A stretch of DNA of 64,000 bases from Minisyncoccota bacterium (GTDB lineage Bacteria; Patescibacteriota; Minisyncoccia; UBA6257; JAVHQB01): contig JAVHQB010000093.1 in assembly GCA_036170905.1 (NCBI GenBank), positions 123 to 64,122 of the forward strand, given 5' to 3'. The notes under the pieces were generated by a model, which saw only the letters and a list, made by a program, of their open reading frames with translations, was not told where the DNA came from and ran no database searches. How positions within the stretch are numbered: the stretch's first letter is position 1; every line of letters starts with the position of its first letter. Below, one piece after another: positions 1 through 9,559 of the stretch. A program made the position numbers and the translations under genes.

Positions 1-294
1 TGCGCTAAGGCTCAGAGCAACCTGCTCATCAATTAAATGCCCGTTTGAGGTAACACAGGCATTCAAACTATTCTTTTTGGTAAAAGAAATTAATTCAAAG
101 ATGTCCTCTCTCAATAACGGCTCTCCTCCACTAAAAACAATAGTTTGCGCGCCTAAACGAGAGACATTCTTAATGACATCCTTCCATTGGTCAGTGGATA
201 ATTCCTCGATTTTCCCATAAGGGATATCACACATCTTGCATCTTAAATTACATCTATTGGTTATAGAAAATATAACTTCCTTCAGGTTGGGCAT
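1..294 (-). CDS. Radical SAM protein, N-terminal part only; the rest runs off the left edge of the window
   Basis: Reverse-complement from an ATG at 294 reads MPNLKEVIFSITNRCNLRCKMCDIPYGK...VFSGGEPLLREDIFELI. It carries a CxxxCxxC cluster motif and a GGEP SAM-binding motif. The frame is open to position 1. It overlaps the next gene by 13 nt. Confidence 0.75.
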   Translation of the reverse strand, partial: MPNLKEVIFSITNRCNLRCKMCDIPYGKIEELSTDQWKDVIKNVSRLGAQTIVFSGGEPLLREDIFELISFTKKNSLNACVTSNGHLIDEQVALSLSA

Positions 295-1430
295 TTTTTT
301 AGCAATTCCTCATAATCTGTTAACTTGGATAGGGCAGCGGACAATAACTCCTTCTTGGTTTCCTTATCAATGTCATTCTTTTTTAGATCATAAATTAATG
401 TATCAATAATACTCGTTAATGAGTCTGCTTCCGGATTTGCCCAACAAGTTTGTAGGCAGGGTTTTACGCAATTTTTCATAATATTTCTAGCCCGGGCAGC
501 TTCCGGCGTAGCCAAGCACGCATTTAAAGGCATTTCTTTTATATTGCCAAAGGCCGCTCCGCAGCTTCTGAGTTCTCCATCCGGACCGATATTTACAAAA
601 ACAAATGGATTACATTTCCACTCTTTTTTAGTTAATTGGCCTTTAAAATGTTTAATCCACAAATAAGGATCGTGTAAAAATGCCACTAAACCGTTATTCT
701 TTTGGTAATTTACAATCTTGTCAATTTGCTCTTTAAGCTTATTAACATCATTTTCATTAAGCCAAAAACGCGCCTCAGAAGAAGTGTTCTGCATATCCTC
801 TTGGGCCACAATCACTGGATGATAAACTAAACACTCAACCCCCAAATCGCTAACCAAGGATATGATATTAAAAAGTTCACCCACATTTTCCTTCATAATA
901 GTAGTCCATACTGATATTTGAGGGCCAAAGCCATTTCTTTTCTTTGCTGCAACAAGATTCTTTATCGCTTCTATTGCTTTTTTAAATGCGCCTTTTTCTC
1001 TTATGAAATCATGAGTCTTTTCTTGCGCCCCATCCAAAGAAATAGCTATGTTTTTTAAACCGGAAAACATAATTTTTTCCGATATATCTTGATTAACCAA
1101 TGAACCATTGCTGACTACTTCTATTTTTAAGTTTGTTTTTTGTGCATATTTGAATACATCGAATATATCATTCCTCAAGAAAGGTTCTCCACCGGTAATA
1201 ACGATGGTAAAATCCCAGTCCCAGCCAGCCATCTCATCAAAAACCCTCTTTACATCTTTAATATCCAGTTCATAACCTTTCAATATCTTTACCACTCCGC
1301 ACATCTGGCAATTATAGGTACACTGATGGCTCAAGCTGATATATATCCAGAGAGGTTTTGCCAAAGGTTTTTCCAAAAGCTCCGAGAAATAGTAGGCTAA
1401 ATTTGTTTCCAGATGTTTTAAATATTCCAT
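282..1430 (-). CDS. Radical SAM enzyme with a C-terminal SPASM/twitch Cys-rich domain (anSME/BtrN-like)
   Basis: SLSHQCTYNCQMC is a CxxxCxxC motif. ITGGEPFLRNDIF follows. The C-terminus reads KCNPF...SCGAAFGN...NCVKPCLQTC. Confidence 0.8.
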   Translation of the reverse strand: MEYLKHLETNLAYYFSELLEKPLAKPLWIYISLSHQCTYNCQMCGVVKILKGYELDIKDVKRVFDEMAGWDWDFTIVITGGEPFLRNDIFDVFKYAQKTNLKIEVVSNGSLVNQDISEKIMFSGLKNIAISLDGAQEKTHDFIREKGAFKKAIEAIKNLVAAKKRNGFGPQISVWTTIMKENVGELFNIISLVSDLGVECLVYHPVIVAQEDMQNTSSEARFWLNENDVNKLKEQIDKIVNYQKNNGLVAFLHDPYLWIKHFKGQLTKKEWKCNPFVFVNIGPDGELRSCGAAFGNIKEMPLNACLATPEAARARNIMKNCVKPCLQTCWANPEADSLTSIIDTLIYDLKKNDIDKETKKELLSAALSKLTDYEELLKKCPT

Positions 1431-1442
1431 AATTTATATTTC

Positions 1443-2648
1443 TTAAAATTTGTTTAAAAACTCAAACTTAAAATCATGATTACCGGTTAATTTCCTTCTT
1501 TTTATAATATAGTTAGCCACATACTCTCCAATAACTCTATGTGCAAACTCGTTATAGTGCGGATCAATATCAAATCTTAAAGATTTAAATTGTGAAGCAC
1601 TGACTAGTATCTTTGATAAATCTAAATATGGAATACCTAATTTTGCGCAAAATTCATCCAAATATTTTATCTGACGGTTTTCTACATTTATTATTAAAAA
1701 ATCCATATCATGCTCTTGGCATAACTTAGCGTATTCAAAGAGCAAAAGAAAGATCAATTGTTCAAAATCATCTTTGGAATACTCATCAACAATTTCATTA
1801 CTCGATTTTATATCCATTCTTACGCTTTTCCAAAATTCCCTATCCGCATTTTTTAGTTGGCGATCAATATTTTGTTTACTTTTATAGAATTCAAACAAAG
1901 TTACTATGTTGCTTTTTTTAAATAACCGCTTATTTTTCTCTTCTTTTACTCTAGTTGCAGGATATTCGGAAGTATTATTTCTTGATTCGGACAAATGAAT
2001 ATAATTATTTTTAACATAGCTGTAATCTTGGAATACGAGGCTTTTTTTATCAGCGCTTAAGATAAACCGTGGCTTAACCATATTAACGCCCCTATGGCCA
2101 TTTTTACATCTGCTTATAAAATCTTCTATTACAAATAAAACCACTAAATCGGGCTTGTATTTAAAACCTTCTTTTTTTAGATATAGAAAAGACTGGTCCA
2201 TACCATAACCTTGTACCCCCGCATTAATTACTTCGGTATTTTTAATGGCCTTTTCGGCTATATCGGTGAAGCGCAGGCCATAACTAACGGACTCACCAAA
2301 CACATTAGACTCTCCCAAAGCAAGAATCCGAAAAATACCCGCCTTTCTTTCAAATTCGACCTCCTCATCTCTTAATCCTTTAGAATTTATTGAATAACAA
2401 ACATCATATTCTGAAGTTTTTATGCAATCATGAGCGCCAGGCCTATATCCCCAGCCCAGCACTTTATCAAACTGCCCGATATTTAGCATATGATTTTTGT
2501 TTAGTTTGCTTTCCATATATTCTATTTTCTTATCTACCTTAAAATCTTTTATAAGCCTAGCGCTGACCATCTCCAGCAAAAAATACCCAATTACTAAAAT
2601 TATTATCATCAAAAAAATATTAACCAGTATTTTCTTAAGATTAGCCAT
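1443..2648 (-). CDS. Membrane-anchored SGNH/GDSL-like hydrolase or acyl-transferase, possibly AlgX/AlgJ-type; substrate unknown
   Basis: There is an N-terminal transmembrane helix. ILALGESNVFGESV is a GDSx-like block I. DPHYNEFAH near the C-terminus is a DxxH block V. Confidence 0.4.
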   Translation of the reverse strand: MANLKKILVNIFLMIIILVIGYFLLEMVSARLIKDFKVDKKIEYMESKLNKNHMLNIGQFDKVLGWGYRPGAHDCIKTSEYDVCYSINSKGLRDEEVEFERKAGIFRILALGESNVFGESVSYGLRFTDIAEKAIKNTEVINAGVQGYGMDQSFLYLKKEGFKYKPDLVVLFVIEDFISRCKNGHRGVNMVKPRFILSADKKSLVFQDYSYVKNNYIHLSESRNNTSEYPATRVKEEKNKRLFKKSNIVTLFEFYKSKQNIDRQLKNADREFWKSVRMDIKSSNEIVDEYSKDDFEQLIFLLLFEYAKLCQEHDMDFLIINVENRQIKYLDEFCAKLGIPYLDLSKILVSASQFKSLRFDIDPHYNEFAHRVIGEYVANYIIKRRKLTGNHDFKFEFLNKF

Positions 2649-2660
2649 TTTTTAACCTTA

Positions 2661-3908
2661 TTAAATCAAATTTTTCCATACTTCATTTTTAAGTACATTC
2701 AATTTATAAACCTCTAATCTTTTCTGGCTAAAATTGCCCAAGAAATTAGGCTTTACGCGCTTTAACAACTCATTGATACAATAATCTATCCTGGATATTA
2801 TTCGCTCACGGGCATGAGCACTATCCGGACCTTCTTTTATTCCGGAAAGAAATTGTTTTACATGTCCGGAGATATCCATAGGGAAATATACGCAATCCTG
2901 GAGGCAGTGGTCCAAACAATTCCTTACAACCTTTCTGATCTTTTGCGCTTCTTCCGAAAACCAGGCCTTCTTCAAACTATCTTTCCGTAAATCGCCGTAT
3001 ATGCCCTTACAGCTCCATAATTTACCATCGCAAGTTATTACAATCCGCTTAATCCCCTCATAACATTTAAAACTCCTCCCGGGCTTTTTGCCCCTAAAAT
3101 AACCGGGGATGGCCTTCAATATGGCAGGGTCTGTGTATATAAGAATACCATTGGTTTCTTCTTTCATCTTGACTAATTTGCCTATATTTTCCTCTAAAAG
3201 CGGCATTTCTTTCAGCGACGGCCATAATGCATTTTTCTTACGGTCATACATGCTGACATTGCTCATCAAAACAGGCTGGAGGACAACGGTATTGCATTTT
3301 TTGCTTTTGGCAAATTCAACAATCTTGAGCATATCATTAATATTTTTATTCAGGATGGTAAAATTTATACCAATGGACGGGCTGGTTACCTTCATTTTTT
3401 CTTTGTAATAATTCAATTTATCGATTGTTTCAACGGACTTAGCGAAAGAACCCTGGCCCCTTATTGCGTCATTTACTCCAGAAATACCGTCTAATGAAAT
3501 AGTAACGTGGTTTAACCCCGAACCGATTAAATTTTGCGCCGCTTCATCGTTGCATAATGTCCCGTTTGTAATAATATCCACCCAGGGTATACCGTTCTCC
3601 CTGGAAAACCGTATAAGCTCCGTAAGGTCTTCGCGCAGCAACGGCTCTCCTCCGGAAAAGATAAGGTGCCTTACTCCCAATTCTTTAATCTGCAGTATAA
3701 TTTTCTTTGCCTCAACAGTAGTCAACTCATCTTCCCGCCGCCCCGGCGATTTCGGTATGTCACACATAACACAACGCAAGCAGCATCTGTTTGTTAACGA
3801 AAAATATACGTGTTCCGGAGGAATAAGAGGATGAGAAATAAGCCGGCTAGTATAAAATCCAATCATATCCTCTAATTTTATTAATTCCCTCTCTAAATAC
3901 TCATTCAT
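2661..3908 (-). CDS. Radical SAM/SPASM-domain enzyme
   Basis: TNRCCLRCVMC motif, then FSGGEPLLREDL. The C-terminus reads KCYEG...TCDGKLWSCKG...NCLDHCLQDC. Confidence 0.8.
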   Translation of the reverse strand: MNEYLERELIKLEDMIGFYTSRLISHPLIPPEHVYFSLTNRCCLRCVMCDIPKSPGRREDELTTVEAKKIILQIKELGVRHLIFSGGEPLLREDLTELIRFSRENGIPWVDIITNGTLCNDEAAQNLIGSGLNHVTISLDGISGVNDAIRGQGSFAKSVETIDKLNYYKEKMKVTSPSIGINFTILNKNINDMLKIVEFAKSKKCNTVVLQPVLMSNVSMYDRKKNALWPSLKEMPLLEENIGKLVKMKEETNGILIYTDPAILKAIPGYFRGKKPGRSFKCYEGIKRIVITCDGKLWSCKGIYGDLRKDSLKKAWFSEEAQKIRKVVRNCLDHCLQDCVYFPMDISGHVKQFLSGIKEGPDSAHARERIISRIDYCINELLKRVKPNFLGNFSQKRLEVYKLNVLKNEVWKNLI

Positions 3909-3910
3909 TA

Positions 3911-4956
3911 TTATCCTTTTCGATTCTTCAGCCCCAGGGCATTCCTAAGGTTACCGGAAACCTCCCTTGAATAACAAGACTGTATACATAAATTTTTACA
4001 ATTTCTAGAATGTATCCTCAACTTTCGCGCTTCCCGGGAAATCCAGGCTTTTTTTAACGATACCTCATTCAAGTTGCCGCAAATACCGTGACAGGTATAG
4101 ACAAGCGGCTCTCTCTTGGAAAAACAAATGAATACGGTTTTAAAACCGCCGAAACAAACCCAGTCCGACTTCTTAAGCATACCCTGGTAATATTTAATCA
4201 ATAATTCCAAGCGTGGCTCTTTTAACACGGTAATATGTTTCCATATAGATTCCTCTATTGCGTCAATTTGATCTTTCAATAACGGTATTTTCTCCGCAGC
4301 CACCCAATTCTGCGGAATCTTCCTTTCCATGAAATTGGCGTTATCGCTGATCAAGGGTTGAAAGTTAATCACATCGACATTGAGGCCATCGGCTAATTGC
4401 GCGATATCATAAAGCTGAGAAACATTTTCATTCATAACAGTAACGGCGATACCCAACGAGAAATTCCTAGCCGCAAGCCTTCTTTTATCCAGCAAGCTGA
4501 TGGCTTCGACAGCCTTACTGAAAGCACCTTTTCCCCTGTAATAATCATTTATATCTTCCAAACCATCAAGCGATAAATGATATGGTCTAAGTTTGATCCG
4601 GCTATGCGCTCTGACATTTCAGCGTCTATAAGTATGCCGTTAGTAGTAACAATGTTTCTCAGGCCCTTAGCATGAGAATAACCGCAGATACTAAATAAGT
4701 CTTCCCTTAAAAAAGGCTCGCCCCCTGTTAAGAGCAACTCTTTTACCCCATAAGCAGCGGCATCATCAATTATCTTGTATATCTGTTCAGTGGATAATTC
4801 TTCTCCCGGAGGCAACAAGTCAACGATACTACACATGCGGCACCTTAAATTACACCTGTAACTAAGCGATACCTGTACCACTTCCGGATGGATTAAGGGA
4901 TAATTTATTTTCCGGGATACCCAATAAAGCAGGTTATTCATCATTTCTCTCCGCAA
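3911..4956 (-). pseudogene. Radical SAM/SPASM paralog split by a frameshift (ORFs 4549-4956 and 3911-4561)
   Basis: The upstream ORF holds RCNLRCRMC and LTGGEPFLREDLF, then ends ...SNLDHIIYRLMVWKI*. The downstream ORF starts at a TTG and reads (H)LSLDGLEDINDYYRGKGAF plus SPASM cysteines (VCFGGF...TCHGICGN...NCKNLCIQSC). The two line up on the intact paralog 10933-11982 with a 1-nt slip near 4565-4585. Confidence 0.6.
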
Positions 4957-5042
4957 AAATTCCCCCTAACTATAGCCTAAAACAGTTAGTCTTTCTAAGA
5001 GTTATTCTTTGATATAAAGTTGTTTTCTTTAAGGTTGAATTA

Positions 5043-6125
5043 TTATAAAGCATTAATTACCAATTTATTTTCTTCTTTTAAGATTGTACAACATTCTTTG
5101 TGACAGGGCGCATTTTTTGATAAGCTTTGCCTAAGCTGTAAAAGTTCATTTTGCCATAGAGTCCTCAATGAAACATTTTTTATATTAAGCCCGGGCACGC
5201 CCAATTGATACTGCGGGCATTTCATTACTTCGCCATTTGAATCTATCGAGAGTATATAATAATTGACAAAACACCTGTTTAAATCTTCCTGATTAGATAT
5301 TTTAGATTTTTCATCGGTTCTATTTTGAGGGTTATCATTTTCTATATTCTCGAGTTCTCCCCAATTACCTTGATAACCCAACTTCTTTTCATTCTTTAGC
5401 ATGGAAAAGATGGATTTAAACTCTTTCATCTCTTCGATATTGAGTTGCAAATCTCCATAGTTTACTAACCCCATATTTAGTAATTTTAAAATATCTACTG
5501 ATTCTATATTCTTATAACTATTGGCAAATTTAACGAGTGAAGGAAGGCTTCTAAAATTGAGTTTGCTTATTACTACATTTAATATAATCTTTACCTTGCT
5601 ATCAATTTGCTGTAAAGTATCCAGGAATTCCACTATGTATTGAAAATACGGCTTTTGATTAATTGCTGGACGCATGGCGTGCTGAATAGAGGGATCAGCA
5701 GAATCAAGGCTGATTCGAATAATATCCCAACCGCAATCGGTCATAATTTTAGCTACTCCAGAATTCAAAAAACTGCCGTTAGTAGTCATCGTGCCGCAAA
5801 GCCCCAGGCGTTTAATCTCCTGTATAATAGCTATAATATCTTTTCTGCAGAAAGGCTCTCCCAAGTGACCGCCTAAATTTATATCTTTAACTTTAAATTC
5901 GCTAGCTTCTCTAAATAAACTGAACAAATCTTCGGTTGAAAGGTTACCGGACAAATCCGGAGAAACGATCTTCCCCCCAAGACAGTATAAACACCTGAGA
6001 TTACAGGTTTTTGTCAACATCAATGCAATAGTTTCAGGGCCAATCTCAGGATTCACTAAGCCAATTTTTACACGTTTGATTGTTTGCTTATCCATATTGT
6101 TTATAAACTTATCTTTTATTCTCAA
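5043..6125 (-). CDS. Radical SAM/SPASM-like enzyme
   Basis: LTKTCNLRCLYC motif, then LGGHLGEPF. The C-terminus reads RCFVN...KCPQ...APCHKECC. Confidence 0.7.
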   Translation of the reverse strand: MRIKDKFINNMDKQTIKRVKIGLVNPEIGPETIALMLTKTCNLRCLYCLGGKIVSPDLSGNLSTEDLFSLFREASEFKVKDINLGGHLGEPFCRKDIIAIIQEIKRLGLCGTMTTNGSFLNSGVAKIMTDCGWDIIRISLDSADPSIQHAMRPAINQKPYFQYIVEFLDTLQQIDSKVKIILNVVISKLNFRSLPSLVKFANSYKNIESVDILKLLNMGLVNYGDLQLNIEEMKEFKSIFSMLKNEKKLGYQGNWGELENIENDNPQNRTDEKSKISNQEDLNRCFVNYYILSIDSNGEVMKCPQYQLGVPGLNIKNVSLRTLWQNELLQLRQSLSKNAPCHKECCTILKEENKLVINAL

Positions 6126-7299
6126 AAGATTTAAAGCGCTTTTTCATTGTTTCGAATTCGTAAAAACTGCAAAAATGGCAATCAGCACAGATTTCCGGCA
6201 ATTTAAAATTAATAAGATTCTTAACAAAGCCGGCGTATTCCCGACTGTAAATAAATTCTTTAAGGCTGTTGAGTTCAAAATAATTATTTTTGTATTGCTT
6301 ATCATACTTAAAGAAACAAAAAGGAATATTACCGTTATAGCTAATTGCCAAAGTAATCAAAGGCAGATAGCATTTTAAGGCCAGGTTGTTCTTGTTCTTC
6401 AGTTCGGGTCGCCCCGGGGAATTATCCGGCAATGAATTACGGCTATGGTTTTTCCCCTCTTTTTTGAATTCAGTTATATCGAAGACTATTTTGAATTCGT
6501 TCAGCTTCTCCTCTATCCGCGGGATATCCTGCGTAAAGCTTTCTTCTTGCTCTTTACTCAACATGAATTCATTTTGATTATCAGAACCGCATCTTAACGG
6601 TTGAAGTGAGAAAAAAGCAATTTTATATCTCCCGATCATATGGATGATATCGGAGATTTTATCATAGTTAACATTTAACAAAATAGACATTATATTAACC
6701 CTGGGAAAATCAGTGCCATAGAGTCCCTTACACTTTACAATAGCATCCAATATACTTAAACTATGCGCGTGCCTGGAAGAATCAGTATAGAGCTTCTTTG
6801 CGGTTTCTTCGGAATCAGTGTTAAGGCTTATATTTAATGAACTGATTAATTTATTCTTTACTATATAATCTACATCCCGACTATCCAGGTTATTGGCGTT
6901 GGTAATAATCCGTATGAAAATATCCGTGTCTTTTAGCCTTTCCAGGAAATAAAACATATTTTCCTTATAAAAAAACGGCTCGCCCCCTCCAAACAAATGG
7001 ATATCCCTGATTTCCAATTCCTTTATATCATTGATCAGCTTATCAATATATTTTCTATCTGCAAAAAAATCTCTTGTAGGTTCATATCTTAAAAAGTCTT
7101 TAGCGCTTTCGCTTCCCGCGCACGCGCCATCGCTGCAATATCGGCACGAGTCATTACATAACGCTGAAGGATAAACAAAGAGCCTAAACGGAACAACGGC
7201 TGAATCCTCTCTCAGATTATACAAGTGGTCTGCCAAAATATCCGTCAGGCTTCCGGGGTCATATTTAAACCTAAAGACTGGTTTAATAGCTAAAGACAT
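6109..7299 (-). CDS. Radical SAM enzyme with a C-terminal auxiliary-cluster domain
   Basis: PSALCNDSCRYC motif, then FGGGEPFF. C-terminal cysteines read PFCFF...CADCHFCSF. It overlaps the downstream gene by 17 nt. Confidence 0.7.
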   Translation of the reverse strand: MSLAIKPVFRFKYDPGSLTDILADHLYNLREDSAVVPFRLFVYPSALCNDSCRYCSDGACAGSESAKDFLRYEPTRDFFADRKYIDKLINDIKELEIRDIHLFGGGEPFFYKENMFYFLERLKDTDIFIRIITNANNLDSRDVDYIVKNKLISSLNISLNTDSEETAKKLYTDSSRHAHSLSILDAIVKCKGLYGTDFPRVNIMSILLNVNYDKISDIIHMIGRYKIAFFSLQPLRCGSDNQNEFMLSKEQEESFTQDIPRIEEKLNEFKIVFDITEFKKEGKNHSRNSLPDNSPGRPELKNKNNLALKCYLPLITLAISYNGNIPFCFFKYDKQYKNNYFELNSLKEFIYSREYAGFVKNLINFKLPEICADCHFCSFYEFETMKKRFKSFENKR

Positions 7300-7315
7300 A
7301 TTTTATACTCATATA

Positions 7316-8257
7316 TTATACAACTAGTCCCGCCAGACAGGGAGATTGACAATTTTCGACTCTTTTCATCTCATTCGCATATTCGCTACTGCTAAATACT
7401 TCTTCCAGTTTATATTTATGCAGGGGATATTCTAATTCTTTACCGCAGATCCAGATGTTTCCCCTTAAGTTGATATTAAAACTCTTCACCCCCATCTTGC
7501 ATTGGGTGTTTCTTCGCAGGGTATTAGTAAAATAATCCATGTATCGGTCTAATATTTCTAAGGGCCGAGTTAACTTAAGCGCCTGATTATTTGACAAATA
7601 CGAAAGTATCCCCTTAAGCGCATTTAACTCCCCTGCGTTAAGATTAAATTTATTTCTAAGGTAATAGATCTCATTATGAGGAATTACCGGTTGAATATCT
7701 AAAGGTACCTGAGGGTAATTCTTTTCAAGAAATTTAATAAAGTTCACGAAGTCGAAAAAATTCTCCGGCATAAGAACAGAGGTAAAATAAAAGGTCCAGC
7801 CATATTGCTTAAGAAGAGCTGCGGCTTCCATAACTTTCGAAAAAACGCCGTTACCTCTTATGCGGTCATTTTCCGCTTCCAAGCCATCCAGTGAGAGTAT
7901 AAATATGGTTTTTTCTTTACATTGGATGATATTTTCCAAGAATCCCCTGGTAAGTAAAGTAGCGTTGGTAATTATATTAACGGTTATACCCTTAGCTGCC
8001 ACTATTTTAACTAACTCGGCTAAATCTTCCGCTCTTAGCAAAGATTCGCCTCCACCGAAACCAATGCTCTGGACTTTGAATCTCGTGATATTCTCAATTA
8101 TAACCTTCCATTCATCCAGGGATAATTCGTGGCTTAAGTCGTGTGGATGAGTGGTAGTAGTGCACATAACACATTTTAAATTACATCTATCCAGCATAGC
8201 TATATAAAACTGCTGGAATTCAAATGAATCTAAATCCTTATTGTTTAATATTGTCAT
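7316..8257 (-). CDS. Radical SAM enzyme (twitch/SPASM-like)
   Basis: LDRCNLKCVMC motif, then GFGGGESLL. The C-terminus reads WICGKE...NCQSPCLAG. Confidence 0.7.
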   Translation of the reverse strand: MTILNNKDLDSFEFQQFYIAMLDRCNLKCVMCTTTTHPHDLSHELSLDEWKVIIENITRFKVQSIGFGGGESLLRAEDLAELVKIVAAKGITVNIITNATLLTRGFLENIIQCKEKTIFILSLDGLEAENDRIRGNGVFSKVMEAAALLKQYGWTFYFTSVLMPENFFDFVNFIKFLEKNYPQVPLDIQPVIPHNEIYYLRNKFNLNAGELNALKGILSYLSNNQALKLTRPLEILDRYMDYFTNTLRRNTQCKMGVKSFNINLRGNIWICGKELEYPLHKYKLEEVFSSSEYANEMKRVENCQSPCLAGLVV

Positions 8258-9503
8258 TTGCTAAACTCCCACTAATAGAGATAAGCATATTTTCTAATTT
8301 CTCTAACGTATTTGCAATATCGCTATCCGACTCTCCGGTATTTGAATTAAGGCCTTCTCTCATTAATTGCAAAAAAGAGTATTCTTCGTTACGAATAGCA
8401 ATTTTGGCATCCCGGGGCAAGTTTACTATTTCTGTCTCCAATTGTGCATGGATTAAACTAATATCGTCCGATTGAGAGCGTTCTGAACAAAATTGGGTGC
8501 AGCTTTTTTTACAATTCCTGATCATCTTCCTGATTTTACCGGTATCCTCTGCATACCATGCCTTTTTAAGGCTGTCTTTTTTAATATTCCCGAATGACTG
8601 GAAGCATACAAAACTCATATCTCCCTGCGGATTTACAAAAATCCTGTTGAATCCCGCGAAACATGTATTTTCAAACCCTTGCCCTCTAAAATGCTTAATA
8701 GTTTTTTCCGGCATGATATCTATATGCATAACACCTGAAAATTCTTCCCTCTTGGCAATTAATATGTCAAAAATTTGCTGCAGCCTGGGAATATCCTTTT
8801 CTTCAATCCAGAGTTCATTGTTTTCTAAAGGTGCAGATAAATCACCATTATTAACTAGGGGCTGGAAGGCTATATAACAACAATTCATTTTTCTTGCTAA
8901 ATCCGCCAAGGCAAGAAGTTCCTCCATGTTCTTCTTCATGATCACGCTTACCATTGCAATATCCAAGACCCTGTCTTCGCTGTTACGGCCATATTTTTCT
9001 TTATAGTAATTAAGATACTCGATGGCACACATCGCTTTCTCAAATATTCCCTCACCCCGGAAAAAATTATGCGTTTTGGGATTAGCCCCGTCGATAGAAA
9101 AACTTATATTCCTTAATCTTGACCTTACTATTTTTTCAGCGGTTTCTTTGTCAATAAAACCGCCGTTAGTATTAATTGTAGTGACGATCCCGGGACGGGC
9201 AGCATAATCGATTAACTCAAATATGTCTTTTCGCAAGAGCGCTTCGCCTCCGGTAAAATAAATCGTCTTTATACCCATAGATATGGCTTCATCAATAAAC
9301 CTTTTAATGTCTTTTGCGCTTGCTTCTTCCTGGAACCGCTGCTTCCATACATTACACATCTTACACTGAAGCTGACACCGGGAGGTAACCATAAGCTGTA
9401 GCATATCAGGCTCAACCATTGCTTTATTCAATAAACGGGAGAAATTAAAAAGGTAATCTCTCTTGTATTTATCGAAGATTTCTTTCATCTTATCTGCTGT
9501 CAC
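8238..9503 (-). CDS. Radical SAM/SPASM-domain enzyme
   Basis: TSRCQLQCKMC motif, then FTGGEALLRKDIF. The C-terminus reads TCFAGFNRIFVNPQGDMSFVCFQSFGNI...NCKKSCTQFC. It overlaps the downstream gene by 20 nt. Confidence 0.8.
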   Translation of the reverse strand: MTADKMKEIFDKYKRDYLFNFSRLLNKAMVEPDMLQLMVTSRCQLQCKMCNVWKQRFQEEASAKDIKRFIDEAISMGIKTIYFTGGEALLRKDIFELIDYAARPGIVTTINTNGGFIDKETAEKIVRSRLRNISFSIDGANPKTHNFFRGEGIFEKAMCAIEYLNYYKEKYGRNSEDRVLDIAMVSVIMKKNMEELLALADLARKMNCCYIAFQPLVNNGDLSAPLENNELWIEEKDIPRLQQIFDILIAKREEFSGVMHIDIMPEKTIKHFRGQGFENTCFAGFNRIFVNPQGDMSFVCFQSFGNIKKDSLKKAWYAEDTGKIRKMIRNCKKSCTQFCSERSQSDDISLIHAQLETEIVNLPRDAKIAIRNEEYSFLQLMREGLNSNTGESDSDIANTLEKLENMLISISGSLANDNIKQ

Positions 9504-9559
9504 TATGAACCCCCTATTTCTTAAAATAGCAATTGCCTTGCCGGATATAACCGGATTTA

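Noticed and set aside
1140-1400. Numerous 60-150-aa plus-strand ORFs in the track (e.g. 1140-1400, 3109-3408, 14561-15019, 19744-20337, 48430-48687 and 50077-50334) overlapping the long minus-strand genes
   Set aside because: Each lies antisense within a well-supported, motif-bearing gene. Their products are low-complexity and AT-codon biased with no recognisable motifs. The 48430 and 50077 pair is identical only because it lies in the tandem duplication. I treat them as spurious.
3911-4956. Treating 3911-4561 and 4549-4956 as two separate genuine genes
   Set aside because: Neither half is a complete domain. One has only the cluster/SAM-binding half, the other only the SPASM half starting at a TTG. 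Together they are collinear with intact paralogs, so this is a single interrupted gene.
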